A DNA stretch of 27,479 bases from Haliangiales bacterium (GTDB taxonomy: Bacteria; Myxococcota_A; Polyangia; Haliangiales; SHYZ01). Shown here in pieces: positions 1-7,436 of this stretch. The translations under genes and the position numbers were made by a program. The stretch is taken from positions 1 through 27,479 of the forward strand of contig DATFWE010000262.1 of assembly GCA_035259575.1 (NCBI GenBank), read 5' to 3'. The notes under the pieces are model-generated. The model was not told where the DNA came from and made no database searches. It was given only the letters and a program-made list of their open reading frames with translations. Numbering within the stretch: the first letter of the stretch is position 1; each line of letters opens with the position of its first letter.

Positions 1-2805
1 CTCGCCGCGGCCGCAGCGGACGCCGCCGCGCTCGCCGAGCTTCTGGGCGGCCCGGTCCCTGCCGAGCGCGTCGTCCGCCTCGGCGCCGGACCCTGTCGCG
101 CCGTGGTCCTGGACCCCACGCCGGAACGGCTCGCGCGCGCACGCGCGATCGTCGCCAAGGGCGAGGCGTGGATGGGCCGGAACGGTTTCTGGCACGCGCC
201 GCGGCCGCTCCTCGGCGAGGGCGGCAAGGTCGCGTTCGCGTTCCCCGGCGTCGACTCGTCATTTCAGCCGCGCGTCGACGACGTGGCGGCGCAGTTCGGC
301 CTACCGCTGCCGACGGGGACGGCTCCGGGGAGCCTGGAGGAGACCGGCGTCGGCATCGTGGGCGTGAACCGCCTCCTCCACCGGGTGCTGGTCGAGCTGG
401 GGGTCCGCCCCGACGTCCTCCTCGGTCACAGCATCGGCGAGTGGAGCGGCATGCTCGCCGCCGGGATCGTCGCCGAGAACGACGGCGACGCGTTCATCGC
501 GTCGGCCCGCCCGGGATCGCTCGAGGTCCCCGGGGTCGCGTTCGCCGCGGTGGGCTGCGGGATCGAGCGGGCCGCGGCCGCCATCGCCGGCCTGCCCGAC
601 GTCGCCGTGTCGCACGACAACTGCCCGCACCAGGTGATCCTGTGCGGGGCGGAGGCGAGCGTCGACGCGGCGCTGGCGCGCCTGCGCGCGGACGCCGTCC
701 TCGGACAGAAGCTGCCGTTCCGCTCCGGTTTCCATTCGCCGCTGTTCGCCGATTTTATGGGGCCGCACCGCGACAACTTCGCGCGCCTCGCGCTCGAGCC
801 GGCGCGCGTGCCGCTGTGGTCGGCGACGACGTGCGCCGAGTATCCCGCCGACGCGGCGGGCGTGCGCGCGCTCGCCCTTTCCCACCTCGTCGAGCCGGTC
901 CGTTTCCGCGAGCTCACCCTCGCGCTCCACGACCGCGGCGTGCGCGCGTTCGTGCAGGTCGGGACCGGGAGCCTTCCCGGCTTCATCGAGGACACGCTGC
1001 GCGGCCGCCCGCACGTCGCCGTGGCGGCGAACGTGCCCCAGCGGAGCGGCCTGGAGCAGCTCCAGCGCGTCCTGGCGACGCTGTTCGTCGAGGGCGCGGG
1101 CGGCGACGACGGCCGGGGCGTCGCGTTCGAGCGGCTCGCCGCCGCGCGGCCGGCGCGCGCCGCGACACCGCTGCGGCTGGGCGTGCCGCTGGTCCGCCTC
1201 ACCCGCCCGCTGTCGGTCGCGGCGGCGGCGCCCGAGGTGCCCGCCCATCCGGTGGCCGCCGCGTTCGCCGCATCGGTGGACTCGTTGCGGCGCGCCCAGG
1301 AGGACGTCCTCCTGCGCTTCGCCGCCCCGAAGCGGCCGCGGAGCGGCCCGCGCCAGGCGCGCTTCACCCGGCGCGTGTCGGTGGACGCGTTCCCCGAGCT
1401 CGCCGACCACACGTTCTTCCGCCAGCCCCCCGGCTGGACGACGATGACCGATCGCCACCCGGTCGTCCCGATGACCATGACCCTCGCCCTCATGATGGAG
1501 GCGGCGGCGGCGCTGGTCCCCGAGCGCACCGTCGTCGGCGTCGAGGACGTGCGCGCGTTCCGCTGGATCGCCGTGGGGGCGCCCATCGACGCCGAGCTGT
1601 CGCTCCGCTTCGACGGGAAGGATCGCGTGAGCGCGTCGATCGCCGGCTACGCCGAGGGCACGGTCGTCCTGGGCGAGCGCTATCCCGACGCGCCGCCGGC
1701 GTCCGCGGGGACGCTCGCCGCCGAGCGCCCCACCCCGAGCGACGCGGCGCGGCTCTACCGCGACCGGTGGATGTTCCACGGTCCCGCCTACCAAGGTGTC
1801 GTCGATCTCGGCCCCATGGGCGACGACGGCATCCGCGGCGTCCTCGAGGCGGGCGCGGCCAAGGGCGCGCTCCTCGACAACGCCGGCCAGCTGTTCGGCT
1901 ACTGGATCATGGTCACCAACGCCGTCGACCGGATGGCGATGCCGGTGCGGATCCGCCGCCTGCGCTTCTACGGCCCGCACCCGGCGCCGCGGGAGCGCCT
2001 CGACTGCCGCGTCGCGATCCGCAGGCAGGGCCCGCGCGAAGTGGTCGCCGATCTGGAGCTCGCGCGCGACGGGCGGGTGTGGTGCGCGATCGAGGAGTGG
2101 GAGGACCGCCGCTTCGACACCGACGCGCGCTTGTGGGACGTCTTTCGGTACCCGGAGCGTCACCTGCTCGCCGAGCCGCGCCCCGGCGGGTACGTCGTGT
2201 TCCACGACGTGTATCGCGCCGCGCCGACGCGCGAGCAGCTGTGCCGGCGTTTCCTGGGCGAGCGCGAGCGCGCCGCCTACGACGCGCAGGGGCCGCGCGG
2301 CCAGCGGGGCTGGCTGGCGGCGCGGATCGCCGGCAAGGACGCGGTGCGCGCGCACCTGTGGCGCGCCGGCCGGCGCGACGTGTTTCCCGTCGAGGTGGAG
2401 CTGGCGAACGAGCCGAACGGCCGGCCCGTCGTCGTCGCCCCGCGCGGCGCGGATCTGCGCATCTCGCTGGCGCACAAGGGCGACCTGGCGGTGGCGATGG
2501 TGGGCGAAGGGCGGGACGTGGGCATCGACGTGGAGCGGATCGAGCCGCGCGCGCCCGCGTTCGTCGCCGCGGCGTTCTCCGCCGAGGAGGCGGCGATGGC
2601 CGCCCCGGGCGAGGACCGCGAAGAGTGGTTGACCCGGCTGTGGACGGCGAAGGAGGCGGTGGGCAAGGCGCGCGGCACGGGTCTCGCGGGCAACCCGCGC
2701 CGGTGGCGGGCGACCGACCGCACCGGGGAGCGCATTCTCGTCGACGACGTCTGGGTGGAGACGCGCCGCGAGGGCGACCACATCATTGGCTGGAGCCACG
2801 CATGA
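1..2805 (+). CDS. C-terminal part of a type I PKS/FAS-like multidomain protein (5' partial, open to window edge): acyltransferase - dehydratase (double hotdog) - Sfp-type phosphopantetheinyl transferase
   Basis: No stop codon lies between position 1 and the first ATG (103) in this frame, so the gene likely continues upstream of the window. AT motifs are GKVAFAFPG, GHSIGE (nt ~424-441) and GFHSPLF. DH motifs are LADHTFF...P...LMMEAA (HxxxGxxxxP-like), HGPAYQGV (YGPxFQG-like) and LLDNAGQL. PPTase motifs in aa ~725-900 are GIDVERIE (GxDxE) and WTAKEAVGKARG (WxxKEAxxKxxG). Third-position GC is high throughout. Confidence 0.8.
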   Translation, partial: LAAAAADAAALAELLGGPVPAERVVRLGAGPCRAVVLDPTPERLARARAIVAKGEAWMGRNGFWHAPRPLLGEGGKVAFAFPGVDSSFQPRVDDVAAQFGLPLPTGTAPGSLEETGVGIVGVNRLLHRVLVELGVRPDVLLGHSIGEWSGMLAAGIVAENDGDAFIASARPGSLEVPGVAFAAVGCGIERAAAAIAGLPDVAVSHDNCPHQVILCGAEASVDAALARLRADAVLGQKLPFRSGFHSPLFADFMGPHRDNFARLALEPARVPLWSATTCAEYPADAAGVRALALSHLVEPVRFRELTLALHDRGVRAFVQVGTGSLPGFIEDTLRGRPHVAVAANVPQRSGLEQLQRVLATLFVEGAGGDDGRGVAFERLAAARPARAATPLRLGVPLVRLTRPLSVAAAAPEVPAHPVAAAFAASVDSLRRAQEDVLLRFAAPKRPRSGPRQARFTRRVSVDAFPELADHTFFRQPPGWTTMTDRHPVVPMTMTLALMMEAAAALVPERTVVGVEDVRAFRWIAVGAPIDAELSLRFDGKDRVSASIAGYAEGTVVLGERYPDAPPASAGTLAAERPTPSDAARLYRDRWMFHGPAYQGVVDLGPMGDDGIRGVLEAGAAKGALLDNAGQLFGYWIMVTNAVDRMAMPVRIRRLRFYGPHPAPRERLDCRVAIRRQGPREVVADLELARDGRVWCAIEEWEDRRFDTDARLWDVFRYPERHLLAEPRPGGYVVFHDVYRAAPTREQLCRRFLGERERAAYDAQGPRGQRGWLAARIAGKDAVRAHLWRAGRRDVFPVEVELANEPNGRPVVVAPRGADLRISLAHKGDLAVAMVGEGRDVGIDVERIEPRAPAFVAAAFSAEEAAMAAPGEDREEWLTRLWTAKEAVGKARGTGLAGNPRRWRATDRTGERILVDDVWVETRREGDHIIGWSHA

Positions 2806-3089
2806 GGGACGACGTCCTGGCCACGCTGCAGGCGATCCTGCGCGAGGTGATCGGCGAGGCGTGGGCCCAGGACGTCGAGATCACGCGCGCGACGTCGTTC
2901 AACCACGACCTCGAGCTGGAGAGCATCGAGTTCGTCGCGCTGGCGGAGAAGCTGCAAGCCGCCTACGGCCGCAGCGTCGATTTCACCGGTTGGCTGTCGG
3001 AGATGGAGCTCGACGAGATCATCGCCCTCCGCGTGGGGGACGTGGTGGAGTTCATCGAATCATGCCCGTCGTCCAGCAAAACGGCCTGA
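2802..3089 (+). CDS. Discrete acyl carrier protein (about 95 aa)
   Basis: Translation is MRDDVLATLQAILREV...FNHDLELESIEFVALAEKL. DLELESIEF matches the DLGxDSL phosphopantetheine-attachment motif with the Ser retained. The ATG at 2802 overlaps the upstream TGA (ATGA). This is the in-frame tail of track ORF 168..3089, whose upstream 880 codons are an Arg/Gly-rich artefact. Confidence 0.8.
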   Translation: MRDDVLATLQAILREVIGEAWAQDVEITRATSFNHDLELESIEFVALAEKLQAAYGRSVDFTGWLSEMELDEIIALRVGDVVEFIESCPSSSKTA

Positions 3090-3829
3090 GCTTCCACACG
3101 CAGGCCTTCGGCGCCGGTCCCCCGGCGGTGATGCTGCACGGCCTGCTCATCGGCAGCATGACGACGTGGTATTTCGGCGCGGCGCCGCGGCTGGCGCGCA
3201 GCCACCGGGTGCTCCTCTACGATCTGCGCGGGCACGGCAAGAGCGCCCGCGCGCGCCGGGGGTACGACCTGGCCACGATGGTGCGCGACCTCGACGCGCT
3301 CCTCGGCGACTTCACCGACGAGCCGGCGACGCTGGTGGGCCACAGCTACGGCGCGCTGACCGCGCTGCGCTTCGCCATGCTCCACCCCGAGCGGGTGGCG
3401 CGGCTCGTCCTCGTCGAGGCGCCGCTGCCGCCGCTCCGCCTGCCCGAGCTCGACCATTTCCTGCGCCGCCCGCGCGGCGAGATGGAGTCGGCGCTGCCCG
3501 ACGAGATCCGCCACGCGCTCCGTCGGGGCGGGCGCCAGGCGCTGCGTCTCGTGGATCAGCTCGCGTTCCTGGCCGCGGAGAGCAGCCTGCTCGCCGACCT
3601 CGACGCCGAGCCGGAGATCGGCGACGACGAGCTGGCCGCGCTCGCCTGCCCGCTGCTCGCGATCTACGGCAACCGCTCGAGCTGCCGGCCGGCGGGCGAT
3701 CGCCTGCGCCGGGTGGTGCCCGGCGCGCAGCTGGTCCTGCTTCCCGGCGGACACTTCCTGCCCACCGAGGCGGCCGAGGCGCTCACCCACGAGATCGTGC
3801 GCTTCTGCGCGGGGGACGTCGATGGCTGA
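3062..3829 (+). CDS. Alpha/beta-hydrolase fold protein (esterase/thioesterase/acyltransferase-like), paralog 1
   Basis: Starts MPVVQQNGLSFHTQAFGAGPPAVMLHGLL. The HG oxyanion region and the nucleophile elbow GHSYG (LVGHSYGALTA) are present. It is about 255 aa, typical of the family, and overlaps the ACP 3' end by 28 nt. Confidence 0.75.
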   Translation: MPVVQQNGLSFHTQAFGAGPPAVMLHGLLIGSMTTWYFGAAPRLARSHRVLLYDLRGHGKSARARRGYDLATMVRDLDALLGDFTDEPATLVGHSYGALTALRFAMLHPERVARLVLVEAPLPPLRLPELDHFLRRPRGEMESALPDEIRHALRRGGRQALRLVDQLAFLAAESSLLADLDAEPEIGDDELAALACPLLAIYGNRSSCRPAGDRLRRVVPGAQLVLLPGGHFLPTEAAEALTHEIVRFCAGDVDG

Positions 3830-4601
3830 GGTCGTGTGTCGCGGCGTGCGCCTGCACGTGCAGCGCCTGGGCGAGCCGGGGCGCGGGACGCCGGTCGTGT
3901 TCGTCCACGGCCTGGTGATGGACAACCTGTCGAGCTGGTATTTCACGCTCGCCAACCTGGCGGCGCGCACGACCGACGTGATCCTCTACGACCTGCGCGG
4001 CCACGGCCTCAGCGAGCGGCCGGCGACCGGTTACACGACCGAGGACATGGTGGCCGACCTGGCGGCGCTCCTCGACGAGCTGGGCGTGGACCAGCCGGTG
4101 GCGCTGGTCGGCAACAGCTTCGGCGGGATGGTCGCGCTCGCGTTCGCGCGCGCGCACCCCGATCGCGTCGATCGCATCGTGCTCGTCGACGCCCACGTCG
4201 GCGGCGACGGGTTCACAGGCAAGATGGTCGAGACGCTGAGCCTCGACGGCGACGAGCGCGACCGCAAGATCGCCGAGCATTTCGCGTCCTGGCTGGGGCG
4301 GCACAGCGCGCGCAAGCGCACGCGCCTCGCCGACGCCGCCGAGGGTCTCGTGCGGGGGACGACGCTCGTCGACGATCTCCGCCGGACGCCCCCGGTCACC
4401 GCCGAGGAGTTGACGCGCATCCGCGCGCCCGTCCTGGCGCTCTACGGCGAACGGTCCGACATCGTCCACGACTGCGCGCCGCTGCTCGCGTTCGTGCCCG
4501 AGTGCACGGTCGCGCTCGTCCCCGGCTGCACCCACTCGCTCCTGTGGGAGGCGACCGAGGAGGTCAAGCGGCGCACGCTCGCCTTCCTGGAGTCGCGCTG
4601 A
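3822..4601 (+). CDS. Alpha/beta-hydrolase fold protein, paralog 2 (tandem duplicate of the preceding gene)
   Basis: Starts MAEVVCRGVRLHVQRLGEPGRGTPVVFVHGL. The nucleophile elbow is GNSFGG. It shares the LYDLRGHG(K/L)S and AxDLxALLD blocks with paralog 1. Its ATG overlaps the upstream stop (ATGGCTGA, 8-nt overlap). Confidence 0.8.
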   Translation: MAEVVCRGVRLHVQRLGEPGRGTPVVFVHGLVMDNLSSWYFTLANLAARTTDVILYDLRGHGLSERPATGYTTEDMVADLAALLDELGVDQPVALVGNSFGGMVALAFARAHPDRVDRIVLVDAHVGGDGFTGKMVETLSLDGDERDRKIAEHFASWLGRHSARKRTRLADAAEGLVRGTTLVDDLRRTPPVTAEELTRIRAPVLALYGERSDIVHDCAPLLAFVPECTVALVPGCTHSLLWEATEEVKRRTLAFLESR

Positions 4602-4602
4602 C

Positions 4603-5757
4603 GTGGCGCGGATCCTGTTCGTGGTCCCGCCGCTCGTCGGCCACACCAACCCCACCGTGTCGGTGGCGGCGGCGCTCGGCGCGCTCGGACACGCGGTGGC
4701 GTGGGCGGCGCACCCCGACAAGGCGGCGCCGCTCCTGCCGCCCCGGGCGCGCATCCTGTCTCTGGGCGCTTGCGACGAGTCGGTGTTCGCGCCGATCTTA
4801 GAAAGGTCGCGACGGGTGCGCGGGCTCGAGGGGCTGCAGTTTCTGTGGCGGGACTTCCTGGTGCCGCTGGCGCGCGCGATGCTCCCCGCCGTCGACGTCG
4901 CGATCGCCGAGGCGCGTCCGGATCTCGTCGTCGTCGACCAGCAGGCGATCGGCGGCGCGCTGGCGGCGCGGCGCCGCGGCGTCCCCTGGGCGACGCTGTG
5001 CACGACCAGCGCCGAGCTCACCGATCCGCTCGCGGGGCTGCCCAAGGTCAAGGCGTGGACGATCGCCCAGCTCGCCGCGCTGCAGGAGGAGGCGGGGCTG
5101 CCGGTGGTGGAGCGCCCCGACCTGTCGCCGCGGCTGGTGGTGGTGCTGTCGACGCCGGCGCTCATCGGCGACGTGTCGGCGTTTCCGCCGCAGTGCCGCT
5201 TCGTCGGGCCGTCCATCCACGAAAGGCCCGACGCGACGCCGTTCCCGTGGGACGCGCTGGAGGAGCGCCCGCGCGTGCTCGTCTCGCTGGGGACGGTCAA
5301 CGCCGAACGGGGCGAGGCGTTCTATCGCACCGCGTTCGCGGCGCTCGCGGGCGCGCCGTTCCAGGTGATCCTCGTCGCGCCGGACGGCCTCGGCGGCGCG
5401 CCGCCGCCGGGGTTCCTCGTGCGCCCGCGCGTGCCGCAGCTCGCGCTCCTCCCCCACGTGCAGGCGGTGGTGAGCCACGGCGGGCACAACACGGTGTGCG
5501 AGGCGCTGGCGCACGGCATCCCGCTTGTGGTGACGCCGATCAAGGACGACCAGCCGGTGATCGCCGAGCAGGTCGTGCGGGCCGGCTGCGGGCTGCGCCT
5601 GCGCTTCGGGCGGCTGGAGCCGGCGGCGCTGCGCGCCGCGGTGGACCGCGTGCTGAACGAGCCGTCGTTCCGGGACAACGCGGCGCGCGTGGCTGCGTCG
5701 TTCGCCACGGCCGGCGGGGCGCGCGCCGCCGCGCGGCTGCTGGACGAGGTCGTATGA
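4603..5757 (+). CDS. GT1-family UDP-glycosyltransferase (MGT/UGT-like, OleD/CrtX-type)
   Basis: The N-terminus ILFVVPPLVGHTNPTVSVAAALGALGH is a typical GT1 acceptor-domain start. The C-terminal UDPGT signature is VSHGGHNTVCEALAHGIPLVVTPIKDDQPVIAEQV. A GTG start sits 1 nt after the upstream stop. Confidence 0.85.
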   Translation: MARILFVVPPLVGHTNPTVSVAAALGALGHAVAWAAHPDKAAPLLPPRARILSLGACDESVFAPILERSRRVRGLEGLQFLWRDFLVPLARAMLPAVDVAIAEARPDLVVVDQQAIGGALAARRRGVPWATLCTTSAELTDPLAGLPKVKAWTIAQLAALQEEAGLPVVERPDLSPRLVVVLSTPALIGDVSAFPPQCRFVGPSIHERPDATPFPWDALEERPRVLVSLGTVNAERGEAFYRTAFAALAGAPFQVILVAPDGLGGAPPPGFLVRPRVPQLALLPHVQAVVSHGGHNTVCEALAHGIPLVVTPIKDDQPVIAEQVVRAGCGLRLRFGRLEPAALRAAVDRVLNEPSFRDNAARVAASFATAGGARAAARLLDEVV

Positions 5758-7043
5758 CCCGGCCGCGCCACGCGTTCGTGGTGCGGGATCGGGCGACGAT
5801 CCCGCCGCTCGGAGCGCCCGCGGCGGAGTCGTGGCTGCTCGGCGGCCGGCTCCACGGCGAGATGCGGCGGCGCCTCGAGGCGTTCGGCCTCACGGTCGAG
5901 CGAGTCGACGGTGTGGAGGAGGCGGTCGCGCGCGCCGGCCGCTGCGCCGACGGGGCGATCGTGACGCACGATTCGGTGGCGTTCTCGCGCTCGGTCGTGC
6001 GCGGGCTCCTCGACGCGGTCGCGCGCGATCCGCGGCCGGCGCTGGCCGCGGCGCTGCCGCGCGCGCTGGCGACACGGCGGCTGTCGCACATCGGCGGCCT
6101 GGACGAGACGACCGTCGGCGGGACGCCCGCGTTCACCGCGCCGCTCTACGCCGTGCGCGCCGGCGCCGGCGTCGCCGCCGCCGAGCCCGTGCTGTTGCCG
6201 TATCGCGAGCTCGAGTGGAAGCTCCCCGTCCCCGTCGGCATGCTCGGCCGCAGCGAGGAGCCGTTCGGCGCGACCGACACCTACCTGGTGCGGGTGGACC
6301 ACTGGGGGCACATCCTGCACCTCAACGTCGCCGCGATGATCGCCGCGTGGTTCGAGCGTGGGCAGACGCTGGGCGGCAAGCTGTGGTACCTGTGGCGCGC
6401 GCTGTGCGGCTTCCCCTGGCGACGGGGGCGTCTCGCCGCGGCGATCCGGCGCGTGCACCGCACGGCGAAGGTCCACCACACGGCGCACGTCGAGCTGTCG
6501 GTGGTGGAGGCGGGCGCCGAGATCGGCCCGCACGCCGTGGTGAAGAACTCGTACGTGGCGCGCGGCGCGCGCATCGACGACGGGGCGCTGGTGAACGCGT
6601 GCGTCGTGGGCGAGGGGGCGTTCGTGGGATCGGCCGCCGCCGTGTTCAGCTCGGTGCTCTATCCCGGCGCGTTCGCGGCGCAGCACAAGATGCAGTTCTC
6701 GGTGCTGGGGGAGAGCTCGGTGGCGTTCACCGGGTCATATTTCTACGACACGAACTTCGAGCGCAACGTGCACGTGGCCCATCGCGGCCGCGTCGTCGAT
6801 TCGGGGGGGCGATTCATGTCCGTCTGTCTCGGCCCCTGGGCGCGCGTCGCGGGCGGCGTATGGATCGCGAGCGGGCGCGAGGTGCCGGCGCACGCGCTCA
6901 TCGTGCAGCCCCCCGATCGCGTGCTCCACCGCGTCGACGACGCGCTGGCCGCGAGCCGCATGACGACCGTGAAGGACCGCGGGCTCGTCGACGTGGGCCC
7001 GCTTCCGGCGGAGGCGGAGGAAGGACCGAAGCGGCTCGCGTGA
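5754..7043 (+). CDS. Hexapeptide-repeat (left-handed beta-helix) protein with an N-terminal domain of unknown function; possible sugar-nucleotidyltransferase-like or acyltransferase
   Basis: The ATG at 5754 overlaps the GT stop (ATGA). The C-terminal half has imperfect [LIV]-G-x-x-x-x repeats (VVKNSYVARGARIDDGALVNACVVGEGAFVGSAAAVFSSVL...). It is the in-frame tail of track ORF 4701..7043. The N-terminal 200 aa were not recognised. Confidence 0.55.
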   Translation: MTRPRHAFVVRDRATIPPLGAPAAESWLLGGRLHGEMRRRLEAFGLTVERVDGVEEAVARAGRCADGAIVTHDSVAFSRSVVRGLLDAVARDPRPALAAALPRALATRRLSHIGGLDETTVGGTPAFTAPLYAVRAGAGVAAAEPVLLPYRELEWKLPVPVGMLGRSEEPFGATDTYLVRVDHWGHILHLNVAAMIAAWFERGQTLGGKLWYLWRALCGFPWRRGRLAAAIRRVHRTAKVHHTAHVELSVVEAGAEIGPHAVVKNSYVARGARIDDGALVNACVVGEGAFVGSAAAVFSSVLYPGAFAAQHKMQFSVLGESSVAFTGSYFYDTNFERNVHVAHRGRVVDSGGRFMSVCLGPWARVAGGVWIASGREVPAHALIVQPPDRVLHRVDDALAASRMTTVKDRGLVDVGPLPAEAEEGPKRLA

Positions 7044-7053
7044 GGCGGGCGCC

Positions 7054-7377
7054 TCAGAACCAGGCCACGTATCCGGTGACGAAGCTGACGCTTCTGGGGT
7101 CGGTGGGGTGCACGCGCACGCCGCCCACGCTGACCTCCACGTAGAGCTCGGCCGCCTTCCAGATCATGCCCGCCGTTCCGCGCGGGTCGCGGGTGTTCTC
7201 CCGTCGAGGATCGGCCGTCTGCGGCAGCGGCGGAAGCTCCAGCGACCCGATGTACATGGTCGCGGTCGGTCGCGGGTGGTGGGAGACCACCTTGGTGAGG
7301 CGTTCGCGCACGTCGTCCGCGCGGGCGGCAGATGTGCCACCAAGGAGCACCAGCAACACGATGAGGCGGGACCGCAT
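7054..7377 (-). CDS. Small exported hypothetical protein (107 aa) with an N-terminal signal peptide
   Basis: Translation is MRSRLIVLLVLLGGTSAARADD...GYVAWF. GC3 is about 89%. It is the in-frame tail of artefactual track ORF 7054..10248, and the ATG (rc of cat at 7375-7377) was verified. Confidence 0.5.
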   Translation of the reverse strand: MRSRLIVLLVLLGGTSAARADDVRERLTKVVSHHPRPTATMYIGSLELPPLPQTADPRRENTRDPRGTAGMIWKAAELYVEVSVGGVRVHPTDPRSVSFVTGYVAWF

Positions 7378-7436
7378 GAGTCCCAGGGGGAGCTGCACGC
7401 GGCGTACCACCGCCCCGGGCACGGCATGACATGTAC

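Noticed and set aside
301-2799. 832-aa minus-strand ORF antisense to the PKS gene, plus nested 386-aa and 61-aa ORFs
   Set aside because: It is the antisense frame of a gene with clear AT/DH/PPTase motifs on the + strand. It has no recognisable motifs and its composition is Arg/Ala-rich low complexity.
168-2801. 973-aa Arg/Gly/Pro-rich ORF in the +2 frame overlapping the PKS gene
   Set aside because: It is a low-complexity RGRP-type translation typical of an off-frame reading of GC-rich coding DNA. Only its last ~95 codons (2802-3089) are real, and they are the ACP.
1-2805. Calling the megasynthase an enediyne PKSE
   Set aside because: PKSE has ACP and KR between AT and DH. Here AT is followed within about 100 aa by the DH, and no ACP or KR motifs (GxGxxG Rossmann, LGxDS) occur in the visible 900 aa. 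Only the C-terminal PPTase placement is shared.
4701-5753. Upstream 350 codons of track ORF 4701..7043
   Set aside because: This stretch overlaps the GT1 gene in another frame with low-complexity composition. Real coding begins at the ATG at 5754, which overlaps the GT stop.
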